This document shows positions 28,929 through 39,980 of a DNA stretch of 48,991 nucleotides, piece by piece. A model generated the notes under the pieces. The model had not been told where the DNA came from and made no database searches. It saw only the letters and a program-made list of their open reading frames with translations. This stretch comes from Bacteroidota bacterium (GTDB lineage: Bacteria; Bacteroidota; Bacteroidia; Bacteroidales; VadinHA17): contig JBBIIS010000005.1 of NCBI GenBank assembly GCA_037446375.1, positions 1-48,991 on the forward strand. Reading direction: 5' to 3'. Every line of letters starts with the position of its first letter. Position 1 is the stretch's first letter. Position numbers and translations under genes: made by a program.

Positions 28929-29155
28929 ATACTGGATTTTTAATTTGTAGTTTGTCCCCTGGATAACTTCATTTAAAATTAAGAAATTCCATTGAATTTC
29001 ATTTTGTATTTTTAAACTTTGCTCTTGTCCGGGTTAAAGATTTCGGGAAGAAATCAATTTTGAATTTAGCGGAAACTTACTCAGATTCAGGTGAGACATA
29101 TTTACTTAACAGATAAATCCTATTTATACATAAGTCGTAAAGAATAACACGGAGA

Positions 29156-30757
29156 ATGAAGCTAAAATTCACAATACCGCATAATCTTGTAATAGTATTC
29201 AGCATCATTATTGTTGCTGCCATATTGACGTGGATAATTCCGGGGGGAAAATATGATCGCAAGCCTGTCGTTGTAAACGGGATAGAGAGGAGCATTATAG
29301 TAAATGGATCCTTTCATTATGTTGAAAATCAGCCCCAGACATGGCAGATCTTCTCTGCTTTCTACAAGGGATTCATAAACATGGCTCACATCATAGTCTT
29401 TATTCTCATGGTAGGCGGTGCTTTCTGGATTATAAATGAAACCAGGGCAATAGATGTAGGCATTTTCGCTTTTCTTGGATTCACTAGGAAGATGGAGAGA
29501 TACAGGGGTATTAAAATGCTGGGGGTAAATAATATTATTATTACCCTTGTAATGATACTTTTCAGCCTTTTCGGGGCGATTTTCGGGATGAGCGAAGAGA
29601 CAATAGCCTTTGCCGTCATTTTCGTACCTCTGTCAATTTCAATGGGTTATGATTCAATTATCGGGATAGCCCTCTGCTATTTTGCGGCCCATATCGGATT
29701 TGCAGCAGCCATCCTGAACCCCTTTACAGTCGGGATAGCACAGGGGCTGGCAAGTGTCCCGCTCTTCACAGGAATTGAATACAGGACACTCTGCTGGATG
29801 ATAGTGACATTTGCCGGTATATCAATGGTGCTCCTTTATGCTGCCCGCATCAGAAAGAACCCCGCCAGAAGTCCGATGTATGAAGCTGATGAGTACTGGA
29901 GAAGCAAGGGGAATTCCCATATTGAATCTATAAAGTACAATACTCCTCTTTCGGGCTGGATAGTAGCAGCTCTGACATCAGTTGCCCTTCTTCTTTTCGC
30001 TTTCAACCATCCTCTTACTATAATTAATTTCGGACTCTCGAAAGTTACTGCACCTATTCTTCCTGTGGCCGCCGGCCTGTTTATACTCAGCAGTATCATA
30101 ACACTGAGAAAATCGATCCATTTTTTTGTTCTTAATGTCCTCGCCTTTACTATGATCTATCTTGTGATCGGAGTTCTCGGATATCAATGGTATATTATGG
30201 AGATCGCGGCTCTTTTTCTTGCTATGGGACTTGTTTCAGGCTTCGCGGCATCAAAGAGACCGGGTGAGATTACAAAACTCTTTATTGAGGGGGTAAAGGA
30301 TATAGTCTCAGCATCTCTGGTTGTCGGATTTGCCGGGTGTATCATCGCAATACTTACAGATGGCCAGATAATTGATACTGTTCTCAATAGCCTCTCAGGT
30401 GCCTTGCATGGAGCAGGCAAAATGTCTTCTATAACTGTAATGTATTTTTTCCAGTCACTTCTGAACCTTATAATTACATCCGGTTCTGCGAAGGCAGCGC
30501 TCACAATTCCCATAATGGTCGAGTTTTCAGATATAGTCGGTCTTACAAGGCAGGCCACAATTATGGCATTTCAGTTTGGCGCCGGCTTTACAGACATGAT
30601 TGCACCTACTTCTGGTGTATTGATGGGTGTCCTCGGAATGGCAAGAATACCGTATGTGAAGTGGCTAAAATGGATAATGCCGATCCTGCTGGTACTTGTA
30701 TTGATAGGTTTTCTGCTTCTGATTCCGACCGTAACAATGAAGCTGAATGGCTTTTAG
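29156..30757 (+). CDS. YfcC/DcuC-like (C4-dicarboxylate anaerobic carrier superfamily) membrane transporter
   Basis: 533 aa polytopic protein. The N-terminal block FTIPHNLVIVFSIIIVAAILTWIIPGGKYD is typical of YfcC-family proteins. Confidence 0.7.
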   Translation: MKLKFTIPHNLVIVFSIIIVAAILTWIIPGGKYDRKPVVVNGIERSIIVNGSFHYVENQPQTWQIFSAFYKGFINMAHIIVFILMVGGAFWIINETRAIDVGIFAFLGFTRKMERYRGIKMLGVNNIIITLVMILFSLFGAIFGMSEETIAFAVIFVPLSISMGYDSIIGIALCYFAAHIGFAAAILNPFTVGIAQGLASVPLFTGIEYRTLCWMIVTFAGISMVLLYAARIRKNPARSPMYEADEYWRSKGNSHIESIKYNTPLSGWIVAALTSVALLLFAFNHPLTIINFGLSKVTAPILPVAAGLFILSSIITLRKSIHFFVLNVLAFTMIYLVIGVLGYQWYIMEIAALFLAMGLVSGFAASKRPGEITKLFIEGVKDIVSASLVVGFAGCIIAILTDGQIIDTVLNSLSGALHGAGKMSSITVMYFFQSLLNLIITSGSAKAALTIPIMVEFSDIVGLTRQATIMAFQFGAGFTDMIAPTSGVLMGVLGMARIPYVKWLKWIMPILLVLVLIGFLLLIPTVTMKLNGF

Positions 30758-30916
30758 ATTTGTCTTGCAGTCTTGCAGTATTATTGTTTAAAGAGTTAAA
30801 GTTTTGTTAAAACAAAACGATAAATAAACTTTTATCACAATTTTATAGTTTTATCTCAGAAGCGATTGGCAAAGAAGACTTAACTTTAGTACACAATATA
30901 TTCTAAACCTCATTCA

Positions 30917-32209
30917 ATGAATCTGAAGCGGCTCTTGATAATTTCAACTTTTCTGATTTCATCCGGTCTGCTGTTTAGTCAGGAAAGTTTTAGGGACACT
31001 CTCAGGATTTCTATAAGACAGGCCGACAGTACTTTTCTGGCACAGAACCTGTCTCTCCTTGCTGAAAAATGCAATGTCAATGCCTCCAGGGCTCAGATAA
31101 TACAGGCCAGGTTATTTAAGAATATTACAATCTCAATTGAGCAGAACGTGTATAATACTGAATACACTACAAACGGCGGTCGTCCATGGTTCGATTTTAC
31201 AGACAAGGGCGAAACAAGCGTCCAGCTCCAGAAATTATTCCTCCTCGCAGGGAAAAGGAATAAACTGATACATTTGGCCGAATCGGGTGCAGTACGGGAA
31301 GAGCAGGTATATTTTGATCTTCTGCGAACACTTAAATATTCCCTTCACAGTCAGTTTTACAATATCTATTTCCTTCAGCAGATATTAAAAGTTTATGACC
31401 GGGAGATCCTGTCGATAAAAAAACTTTCACACGTGTATGAGGATCAGTCAGAAAAAGGATTTGTATCAAAAAAAGAATTTCTGAGGATCAGATCGATGCT
31501 GTTCTCGCTTGAAAATGAAAAGCTTGGATATATAAATCAGATGATATCCGCACAGACAGAATTCAACACGCTGATGCATACAGGCAATTTGTATTATGAT
31601 GTCCAGACCGATCCTGCAAAATTCACCGGCAGACCTCTTGAAAGCCTGAAGCTTCAGTCACTTATTGATACTGCATATATCTACAGGTACGATTTAAGAG
31701 GTGCCAGAACCGACCTGGATATCAGCAACCTTAACCTTGCTTATCAGAAATCTGTTGCTGTACCCGATCTTACCCTGTCTGGAGGCTGGGACAGGAATGG
31801 AAGCTTTGTTCATAACTACAATTTCATTGGGCTTCAGTTTGATCTCCCGTTCTTCGACAGGAACCAGGGAAACATAAAGAGCGCCCGATTCAATGCCGAG
31901 AGCAGCAAATACAAGCTTCAGAGCGCTGAAGAGCAGGTAAAGGCCGATGTAATCAACGCATATTCAACTGCAATTGAGACTAACCGCCTTTATAACGGAT
32001 TTGATAACAGGTTCATAGATGACCTGGAGGTTATGAATAATGAGCTTCTGAAGAATTATGAGAAAAGAAACATAAGTCTTATTGAATTTATTGATTATTA
32101 TGATGCCTATAAAACGAATGTTATTCAGCTTAATACTCTACTCAATAACCGTACAAATTCCTTCGAGAACATTAATTTTTCAGTCGGCAAAGATGTTTTT
32201 ACAAAATAA
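30917..32209 (+). CDS. TolC-family outer-membrane efflux protein
   Basis: 430 aa with a signal peptide and two coiled-coil/beta repeat halves. It precedes the adaptor and RND pump genes. Confidence 0.8.
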   Translation: MNLKRLLIISTFLISSGLLFSQESFRDTLRISIRQADSTFLAQNLSLLAEKCNVNASRAQIIQARLFKNITISIEQNVYNTEYTTNGGRPWFDFTDKGETSVQLQKLFLLAGKRNKLIHLAESGAVREEQVYFDLLRTLKYSLHSQFYNIYFLQQILKVYDREILSIKKLSHVYEDQSEKGFVSKKEFLRIRSMLFSLENEKLGYINQMISAQTEFNTLMHTGNLYYDVQTDPAKFTGRPLESLKLQSLIDTAYIYRYDLRGARTDLDISNLNLAYQKSVAVPDLTLSGGWDRNGSFVHNYNFIGLQFDLPFFDRNQGNIKSARFNAESSKYKLQSAEEQVKADVINAYSTAIETNRLYNGFDNRFIDDLEVMNNELLKNYEKRNISLIEFIDYYDAYKTNVIQLNTLLNNRTNSFENINFSVGKDVFTK

Positions 32210-32225
32210 AATCAAGTCAGGATCA

Positions 32226-33311
32226 ATGAAGAAATTATTACTGATTTCCTGTTCCGTTCTGTTTCTTCTGGGCTGTCGGAATCATAAAGCTGCTTCAACC
32301 TCAAGCGTTGAAAGCAGATTCTGCATCCCCGATAGCTTAAAGAAGCAGATCATTATAGATACGGTCAGGGTAAAAAATGAATTCAACGAGCTGAAGCTTC
32401 TTGGAAAGGTTACTTTCGACCAGGACAAGGTTGTAAGAATCTATCCCCTTGTAAGCGGAATAGTAACTGATGTCAGGGTATCCCTTGGCACTTTCGTAAA
32501 AAAGAATCAGGTTCTTGCGGTAATGAAAAGTTCTGAAATGGCAGGGGCTGAGAATGATGCTGTTACAGCCCGTTCAAATCTGGCAGTTGCCACAAAAAAC
32601 TATGAAGCTGCTTCTGATATGTTTAAAAGCGGTATTATGTCGGAAAAGGAATTCGCTTTATCTCAGACAGACCTTGATAAGGCAAAGTCAGAGCTTCAAA
32701 GGGCAAATACGGTTCTTTCAATATACGGATCTGACCAGCAAAATGATTACGTTATCAAAGCACCGATATCAGGCTTTATTGTTGAAAAATTTGTAAATAC
32801 CAATATGCAGATAAGGCCCGACAACGGGACCAATCTTTTCACAATTTCAGACCTGAGAAAAGTATGGATACTTGCCAATGTTTATGAATCAGATATTTCA
32901 GAGATCAGGGAAAATGAGAAAGTTGAGGTGTCAACAATCTCCTATCCTGATAAAGTATTTATTGGAAAAATAGATAAGGTGTACAATGTGTTGGACCCCG
33001 ACAACAAAACAATGAAGGTTCAGATACAACTCGACAACCCTGATTATATGCTCAAGCCTGAAATGTTTGCCGTAGCGATGGTTTACCAGTTTACAAATGA
33101 CAAGTTACTTGCCGTACCCGCCAATGCTGTTATTTTTGACAGAAACCAATACTGGGTACTTGTTTATCACGACGATTGCAATATCGAAGCCCGGAGCCTT
33201 GATGTTGTTTCTTCAAATCAGAAAGACACATATGTGCGATCGGGAGTAAGAGATGGAGACATGGTTATCACGAACAGGCAGCTTCTGATCTATAACGCTA
33301 TCTATCAGTAA
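32226..33311 (+). CDS. Efflux RND periplasmic adaptor (HlyD/CzcB-type) lipoprotein
   Basis: The ATG at 32226 gives MKKLLLISCSVLFLLGC (lipobox). Biotinyl-lipoyl-like block G.V..V.V..G..VKKNQVLAVM and a coiled-coil hairpin. The longer track ORF would overlap the TolC gene. Confidence 0.85.
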   Translation: MKKLLLISCSVLFLLGCRNHKAASTSSVESRFCIPDSLKKQIIIDTVRVKNEFNELKLLGKVTFDQDKVVRIYPLVSGIVTDVRVSLGTFVKKNQVLAVMKSSEMAGAENDAVTARSNLAVATKNYEAASDMFKSGIMSEKEFALSQTDLDKAKSELQRANTVLSIYGSDQQNDYVIKAPISGFIVEKFVNTNMQIRPDNGTNLFTISDLRKVWILANVYESDISEIRENEKVEVSTISYPDKVFIGKIDKVYNVLDPDNKTMKVQIQLDNPDYMLKPEMFAVAMVYQFTNDKLLAVPANAVIFDRNQYWVLVYHDDCNIEARSLDVVSSNQKDTYVRSGVRDGDMVITNRQLLIYNAIYQ

Positions 33312-33331
33312 ACTACCAGTCTTATCAGGCT

Positions 33332-36300
33332 ATGAACCAGCTCATTAAAAGCATAATTGCATTCTCGCTGAAGAACAGGCTTTTTGTCTTCTTCGGCATA
33401 TTCATAATAGTGATCTGGGGGATTATCAGCTATCTGAAAACCCCTGTTGAAGCTTTCCCTGATGTGACAAATACTGAGATCACAATTATTACTCAGTGGC
33501 CGGGAAGAAGTGCTGAAGAGATTGAAAGGTATGTCACAATTCCAATCGAAATTGAGATGAATTCCGCTCAAAAGAAGATTGATGTAAGATCAACCACACT
33601 CTTTGGACTGTCGGTGGTTAAGGTTATATTCGATGATGATGTCGAGGATGCTTTTGCCAGGCAACAGGTAAACAATCTGCTGTTATATGTCGATCTTCCC
33701 GAAGGGATCAGGGCGGATGTTGAACCCCCGTACGGTCCGACCGGAGAAATTTACAGATACACTCTTCAAAGCAATACGCGCACGGTCAGAGAGCTGAAAA
33801 CTATGCAGGACTGGATAATAGAACGCCAGATCAGGTCTATCTCAGGAATCGCAGATGTTGTGAGTTTCGGAGGCGAAGTTAAAACGTATGAGATTCAGGT
33901 CGACCCCAACCTTCTTGCAAAATACCAGATAACACCTCTTGAAGTTTACCAGGCAGTAAACAGGAGCAATATAAATGTAGGTGGAGACGTTATTGAGCAC
34001 AATACCCAGGCCTATGTTGTCAGGGGGATCGGTGTTCTTGACAGATTTTTTGAGATCGGAGAAATAATCATAAAGAATATAAACGGCAGTCCAATCCTTG
34101 TTAAGAATGTGGCATCAGTAAATGAATCCAGCCTTCCACGACTCGGGCAGGTTGGAAATGACGAGAGATCGGATGTTGTCGAAGGGATTGTTGTAATGAG
34201 AAAGGGTCAGAATCCGGGCGAAGTTATTTCAAATCTTAAAGCAAAGATTGAGGAGCTTAACACAAGGATCCTTCCGTCAGATGTCAAAATTGTTACTTTT
34301 TATAACAGGGAGGACCTAATTAATTATGCCACACATACTGTATTGCATAACCTTCTTGAAGGTATAATTTTTGTCACTATCATCGTACTGCTTTTCATGG
34401 CGGACTGGCGAACGACCCTCGTCGTTTCCCTGATAATTCCTCTCGCACTACTTTTTGCATTTATCTGCCTCCGGCTGAGAGGCATGTCGGCAAACCTTCT
34501 ATCGATGGGAGCGATAGATTTCGGGATAATAATCGATGGTGCGGTTGTGATGGTTGAAGGCATCTTTGTGGCACTCGACAGTAAGGCCAGGGAAATAGGT
34601 ATGACCAGGTTCAACCGGATTTCAAAGCTTGGATTGATAAAGGAGACTGGCGTGGAAATGGGAAAATCGATCTTTATTTCAAAGCTTATTATAATAACTG
34701 CATTATTACCCATTTTCTCTTTCCAGAAAGTAGAAGGAAAAATGTTCTCTCCTCTGGCTTATACACTTGGATTTGCACTCCTCGGGGCTCTGATCTTTTC
34801 ACTGACATTTGCCCCTGTGATGTCAAGCTTCCTGTTTTCAAAGAATGTGAAGGAGAGGCATAACTTCTTCCTCAATTTTGTTATTAAGAATACGACAGCT
34901 GCCTTTGAACGCGTTTATGGCAATAAGAGACTTAGCCTTTCTATTGCCGGACTTGTACTTGTTCTTACTTTCTTTTCATTCAGGTTTCTTGGTTCAGAAT
35001 TCCTTCCACAGTTAAATGAAGGAGCTATATATGTAAGAGCCTCCATGCCAATGAGTATATCTCTTAATGAAGCTGTAAAGATCTCAGAAGACATGAGGCA
35101 TATCCTTAAATCATTCCCTGAGGTTAAGCAGGTTCTTTCCCAGACAGGAAGACCGAATGACGGGACTGATGCCACAGGTTTCTATAATATAGAGTTCCAT
35201 GTTGATATCTACCATACTAAAAAAATGGAATTAAAGAAGAATCGTGAGGAACTCATAAGCAGGATGATAAAGAAACTTTCAAAATATCCGGGAATCGATT
35301 TTAACTTTTCCCAGCCTATCCAGGATAATGTTGAAGAAGCAGTCTCAGGTGTTAAGGGTTCTCTTGCAGTCAAGATATTTGGAGATAATCTGGATATTCT
35401 TAATCAGAAAGCCGACAGCGTCTATAATATAATGAAAGATATCAAGGGGGTTGCCGACCTTGGTGTGATAAAAAATATAGGGCAGCCTGAATTTCGTATC
35501 GAGCTCGACGAAGATAAAATGGCACTCTATAATGTAGCTACAGCCGACTGCCAGGCTGTAATTGAAATGGCTATTGGAGGAAAGGCGGCATCGACCTTCT
35601 ACGAAGGATACAAAAAATTTGACATCCGGATCCGTTATCTTCCCGAATATCGCACAACTGATGAGGAGATCGGGAACCTGATGGTTCCGACTCTTTCAGG
35701 CACACAGATACCAATAAAGGAGATAGCTAAAATAAGAAAAGTAACAGGGCCTATTCTTATTTTCAGGAATAATAACAGCCGCTTCATCGCGCTTAAGTTT
35801 TCTGCAAGAGGAAGGGATATGGGATCTACTGTTGCCGAAGCCCGATCGAAAGTTAATAGGGCAATTGTTCTTCCTAAAGGATATTCAATATCATGGGAAG
35901 GTGATTTTGAAAACCAGCAGAGGGCCTCAAAGCAACTTAGCCTCGTGGTACCAATAAGCCTTGTCCTGATCTTCCTGATCCTTTTTATTCTCTATGGAAA
36001 CGGCACGGATGCAGGGCTTATTCTTGCAAGTGTTCCGTTTGCAACGGTGGGAGGAATACTTGCTCTCCATCTTACCGGCACAAACTTCTGCATATCTGCC
36101 GGAATAGGGTTCATTGCTCTTTTCGGGATTTCAATTCAGAACAATGTAATTCTCTTGTCGAGATTTAAAAAATATCTCCACGAAAGGATGGAGCTTGATA
36201 CATCAATACGTACTGGTGTCATTTCGAGAATAAGGCCGGTTGTCATGACTGCAACGCTTGCTGCCATCGGGCTCTTCCCTGCTGCAATATCAACAGGAAT

Positions 36301-36442
36301 AGGCTCTGAATCATCAAAGCCGCTTGCAATAGTTGTGATCGGAGGACTGGTATCAGCAACAACAATGACACTATTTATTTTCCCAATAATAGTAAAAGGG
36401 GTCTATAAGCTCAGGATGAGAAAATCCGCTGCCCTGGATTAA
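33332..36442 (+). CDS. CusA/CzcA-type heavy-metal efflux RND permease
   Basis: 1036 aa, 12-TM RND layout. N-terminus IIAFSLKNR...PVEAFPDVTNTEITIITQWPGRSAEEIERYVT.PIE is typical of the HME-RND group. Confidence 0.85.
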   Translation: MNQLIKSIIAFSLKNRLFVFFGIFIIVIWGIISYLKTPVEAFPDVTNTEITIITQWPGRSAEEIERYVTIPIEIEMNSAQKKIDVRSTTLFGLSVVKVIFDDDVEDAFARQQVNNLLLYVDLPEGIRADVEPPYGPTGEIYRYTLQSNTRTVRELKTMQDWIIERQIRSISGIADVVSFGGEVKTYEIQVDPNLLAKYQITPLEVYQAVNRSNINVGGDVIEHNTQAYVVRGIGVLDRFFEIGEIIIKNINGSPILVKNVASVNESSLPRLGQVGNDERSDVVEGIVVMRKGQNPGEVISNLKAKIEELNTRILPSDVKIVTFYNREDLINYATHTVLHNLLEGIIFVTIIVLLFMADWRTTLVVSLIIPLALLFAFICLRLRGMSANLLSMGAIDFGIIIDGAVVMVEGIFVALDSKAREIGMTRFNRISKLGLIKETGVEMGKSIFISKLIIITALLPIFSFQKVEGKMFSPLAYTLGFALLGALIFSLTFAPVMSSFLFSKNVKERHNFFLNFVIKNTTAAFERVYGNKRLSLSIAGLVLVLTFFSFRFLGSEFLPQLNEGAIYVRASMPMSISLNEAVKISEDMRHILKSFPEVKQVLSQTGRPNDGTDATGFYNIEFHVDIYHTKKMELKKNREELISRMIKKLSKYPGIDFNFSQPIQDNVEEAVSGVKGSLAVKIFGDNLDILNQKADSVYNIMKDIKGVADLGVIKNIGQPEFRIELDEDKMALYNVATADCQAVIEMAIGGKAASTFYEGYKKFDIRIRYLPEYRTTDEEIGNLMVPTLSGTQIPIKEIAKIRKVTGPILIFRNNNSRFIALKFSARGRDMGSTVAEARSKVNRAIVLPKGYSISWEGDFENQQRASKQLSLVVPISLVLIFLILFILYGNGTDAGLILASVPFATVGGILALHLTGTNFCISAGIGFIALFGISIQNNVILLSRFKKYLHERMELDTSIRTGVISRIRPVVMTATLAAIGLFPAAISTGIGSESSKPLAIVVIGGLVSATTMTLFIFPIIVKGVYKLRMRKSAALD

Positions 36443-36463
36443 TTGGAATAACCAGAGCAGCCC

Positions 36464-37792
36464 CTACATCACTGCGTGAATCCTGACACCCAGAGCATGC
36501 ACCGGACCCCTGTCCATATTATATGCCGGATCAAGGATAAACTGGTAATCGGGACTTATCCATAACGGATATCCCCCTAGCCGGAAAGAGTAATATATCT
36601 CAGTTATTTTTTCGGAACTATAATTAAGATTCCCATCTCCGATAATAAAACCATAACCACCCTTTTTAAGGTAGTCGCGGTGAAATTTTGATATTCCATT
36701 AACCAGAAAGGCAACTCCCAAACGATCCTCACTCCTTTTCCATAACGAGCCATTCAATACCACTCCTGTGCTGAATGATCTGTCTATTTCTGTAAAGGCC
36801 CATGTCTCATTCTGACCATCATTCCATCCTGCCCTTAGAAAAAATCCTATGCTTTTCCCCAGATTATGTTCAATATTCAGACCAAGCCCATATTTTGTGT
36901 TTCCTCTTCGATTAACGCTGTCAACGGATGGCGGAGCATTTTTTTTCAAACCCCATGCAATAGCTTCATTGTAATTGCCCATCCTTGCCAGGGTATAAAA
37001 TGCGATTAGTTTTACATTGCCCTCCTGACCAAATAATTTGTACTTATGTTCAAATTCAAGTGCATGAGATCTTGCCTTTAGAATGTCTCGGTCCATTACA
37101 TGACCATTCGCAGTTTCAGATACCATCACTACTGCAAATCTCAACGCCCAAGAAAGTTTAACCAGCTGGGTTGTAACACCATAAGTATAGCCTCTTGTAT
37201 TTGCCGGATAATCCCATGCACCAACTCCCATAAGAGCCCAGTTGTAAAACTGTGTCCTGGGATCATGGCTAAAGCTGTTAAGGTCAAAGTAATCCAGAAC
37301 GCTGAATTTACCCATTGATATTGAGATATATGAAAGAGGCCGTTCTCCTTTAAGCTGGTTAGCATCATCATCCACAGCAGTTTTTTCTGAAGAAAGTGGA
37401 ATTATCTGCTCCAGAAGTAAGCGGGCAATATATGCCCTTGGTGCAGGATTGTCAACACGATACACCTCACCATTTGGAAAACCAGCAACTCCTGTTGACT
37501 GAGAGAAGCCTTTTCCGCAGGTTAATTCGGGATTAAAAAATACAGAGGCTCCATTCCACAGTTTCATTCCCATAAATAAGGTTGTTGAAACCGAAATAGG
37601 TTCTTCACTGGTCGGAATCAGGCTGTTCTTTCCTGTATATTTTGCATTGAACGGAGGGTGATATTGCGAAATTATAGTATTCTGAAAATGAAAATTGAAT
37701 CTCTGGTCAGCATTCAAAGAGTCACCTGCAGGCTGCGCCAAAACCACTAAAGGATAAAGTAATATTGAGATAATGAATGATCTTTTAATCAT
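36464..37792 (-). CDS. OprB-family (carbohydrate-selective) outer-membrane porin
   Basis: Block FNFHFQNTIISQYHPPFNAKYTGKNSL...FFNPELTCGKGFSQSTGVAGFPNGEVYRV resembles OprB-type porins. The ATG at 37792 (MIKRSFIISILLYPLVVLAQ) is preferred over the TTG at 37822. Confidence 0.6.
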   Translation of the reverse strand: MIKRSFIISILLYPLVVLAQPAGDSLNADQRFNFHFQNTIISQYHPPFNAKYTGKNSLIPTSEEPISVSTTLFMGMKLWNGASVFFNPELTCGKGFSQSTGVAGFPNGEVYRVDNPAPRAYIARLLLEQIIPLSSEKTAVDDDANQLKGERPLSYISISMGKFSVLDYFDLNSFSHDPRTQFYNWALMGVGAWDYPANTRGYTYGVTTQLVKLSWALRFAVVMVSETANGHVMDRDILKARSHALEFEHKYKLFGQEGNVKLIAFYTLARMGNYNEAIAWGLKKNAPPSVDSVNRRGNTKYGLGLNIEHNLGKSIGFFLRAGWNDGQNETWAFTEIDRSFSTGVVLNGSLWKRSEDRLGVAFLVNGISKFHRDYLKKGGYGFIIGDGNLNYSSEKITEIYYSFRLGGYPLWISPDYQFILDPAYNMDRGPVHALGVRIHAVM

Positions 37793-37917
37793 ACTTTTTA
37801 ACGTTGGGTTTTGGTCCGCCAAAGATAACTTTAATGGTAAAACTAAAAAATGTGATTACGGTGTATTATAATATTGTGACCAGATTCTCCAAACAGCTAC
37901 TTCAGACAAAAAAGCAT

Positions 37918-39963
37918 CTACCTGTTAATCTTTTCAAGAGAAATGGTGTTCTCAATTATCTCCTTGCCAGGAGCAAGTCTTTTAAATGGCAGTAGTTCCT
38001 TCATCTCTCTGATGTAGTTTGATGATCCATTCATATCTTTGATCTCCGCACAGTAACGCGCGGCCTTGAGAAATATATCATAATATCTTCTGCCAATATT
38101 TTCAGATATTCCATCCAGTAATATCGTACTGTCGGCATAGCCTTTCAGATCGTACCTGCTTATGTTTTCTAAAATTGCCTTATAGCCCACCCTGTTAAGT
38201 GTATCGGGTACAAACTTATAGATAAGACCCTCATCCCGGAGGTAAGGGCTGATCCATTTAAACAGATCGGGATCAATTACACTTTTAATGAAATAGAGAG
38301 GTCTCTCCCACCTGTTGTTTTTTATAATATCAAAAAGGATAACATCCTGCAGCCAGTTTGAGTTGTCGTGTCTGATGGCTGGAAATGTCATTCTCACACT
38401 ATCTGTATCAGTATTATAATTCTTCCTGACATCTGATGAAAGCGGGATAGAAACATTTTGTTGCTTCCAGTCGCCAAAAATAAATTCGCTAAGGTTAATT
38501 CCATCACCTTTGTATGGCAGATCCCTGTGGTGCCTGAGCGCCGACTTTACATACCAGTCAGCATTCAGCAGGCTAAGATTGAGATGAATAATATCAGGTC
38601 TTATTTTTAATGCCTCCTGTGTATAGATCACAGGAAAATAATCATTATCTCCATAGCTGAAAACTATTCCTCCCCGATCGATCGATTTAATCAGATTTCC
38701 GGCATATTCAGTTGCAAAGTTGTTACCCGCGCCATTATTTTTCCTGATATTATGTAGATATTGATTAAAAAATGCTGAGCAGAGTAGTATTGCCAGGAGT
38801 GCATAGAGGCTCCACCTTTTAACGCGGCCGGACTTGTTTATTAAGCGGATTACATATTCAAGGCCGCAGAAAATAAAAATTGAAAATATTATGAAGGTCG
38901 GCAGATAATGTCTGTAAATGCTGCGGAAGTAATTAGCCGGAAGATTAAAGTATATTATTGATACAACAATTGTTACAAGAAAAAATATAAAAAGGGAAAT
39001 AGCCAGTTTCCTGTTCCGCCTGAATAATGAAACGAGCCCTGCCAATCCAAATAACCCGGGAATAAATCCTTCAATAATTGTCGTGTGATCAAAATAGAAG
39101 AAGTTATTTTCAAATCCCCTGAGGTAATAGGGGATCTGGTAAGTGATTAGCGGGCTCTTGCGTGTGATTATATCAAGAAGAAAATTGCCCCCGTATTGTT
39201 TCAAGGAAAAATAATACCACCATCCAGCCAGATTATCAGGCTGTCCCATATTCATCGATGGATCACCTCGTGAGATGGGGATGTAAAGAAGCTGAAGAGA
39301 AAGTCCCAGCACCAAACCTGAGAAAGCGGCCAGATAGGACCTGTAATTAAGAAAAGCCTTTGGCTTCCTCATCAGGACCAGCAGAAGAACACCGGGCATA
39401 AGTACCGCATTGGTCCTGTGGACACTGAAGTCGAGGCCAAAAAGCAAAGCAATTATAAAGAGCTGTTTCCACGAATCTTCCCTTTCCGATCGCTCCCACC
39501 ATCTGAGAACTGAGAGCAAAATAAGTGTAGTGAACAATCCGGTCAGGACATATGGAGCAAACATTATCGAGTATTCCCAAAGGGTGGAACTGGCCAGGAT
39601 CATGCCCGAGCCAATTATAATTATCAGATCTTGCGGAAATAATAAAGCATCGCTTTCTTTCTCAGAAAGGTTGTTTTCAATTTTTCTGAAAGCTGAATAA
39701 CAGCCGGTAACGGCAAGTGAACCGACTACACCGGTAAAAAGGTTGAAAAGAAAGGCCGGGTCGTGCGATGGCAGCTTGGAGAGAAGCCACCCGGAGATCG
39801 TAAGCAGAAGAGATCCTGGAGGACCAGAAATACCCAGCCCGGCCGCCGCTCCTGCATATTCGCTCGTTTCCCACCATGTTATCGAGGGATAGGCTGTGGA
39901 CCAGTATAAAACAAGTCCGATAACGAATATGGATGCTGAAACTATAAACGCTCTTTTATTCAT
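37918..39963 (-). CDS. DUF2723 (TMEM260-like) polytopic membrane glycosyltransferase-like protein
   Basis: N-terminal block YPSITWWETSEYAGAAAGLGISGPPGSLL matches the DUF2723 signature. About 10 TM segments precede a soluble C-terminal domain. 681 aa. Confidence 0.65.
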   Translation of the reverse strand: MNKRAFIVSASIFVIGLVLYWSTAYPSITWWETSEYAGAAAGLGISGPPGSLLLTISGWLLSKLPSHDPAFLFNLFTGVVGSLAVTGCYSAFRKIENNLSEKESDALLFPQDLIIIIGSGMILASSTLWEYSIMFAPYVLTGLFTTLILLSVLRWWERSEREDSWKQLFIIALLFGLDFSVHRTNAVLMPGVLLLVLMRKPKAFLNYRSYLAAFSGLVLGLSLQLLYIPISRGDPSMNMGQPDNLAGWWYYFSLKQYGGNFLLDIITRKSPLITYQIPYYLRGFENNFFYFDHTTIIEGFIPGLFGLAGLVSLFRRNRKLAISLFIFFLVTIVVSIIYFNLPANYFRSIYRHYLPTFIIFSIFIFCGLEYVIRLINKSGRVKRWSLYALLAILLCSAFFNQYLHNIRKNNGAGNNFATEYAGNLIKSIDRGGIVFSYGDNDYFPVIYTQEALKIRPDIIHLNLSLLNADWYVKSALRHHRDLPYKGDGINLSEFIFGDWKQQNVSIPLSSDVRKNYNTDTDSVRMTFPAIRHDNSNWLQDVILFDIIKNNRWERPLYFIKSVIDPDLFKWISPYLRDEGLIYKFVPDTLNRVGYKAILENISRYDLKGYADSTILLDGISENIGRRYYDIFLKAARYCAEIKDMNGSSNYIREMKELLPFKRLAPGKEIIENTISLEKINR

Positions 39964-39980
39964 AACCGTTTCCCGGGAAA

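Noticed and set aside
32082-32225. Long N-terminal extensions in track ORFs (32082 for the adaptor, 22663 for the SDR, 41735 for PIG-L, 23606 for the TolB-like protein, 37822 for the porin)
   Set aside because: Each extension overlaps the upstream gene, reads through a terminator hairpin, or begins at a non-ATG codon. In every case an internal ATG gives a canonical signal peptide or Rossmann N-terminus.
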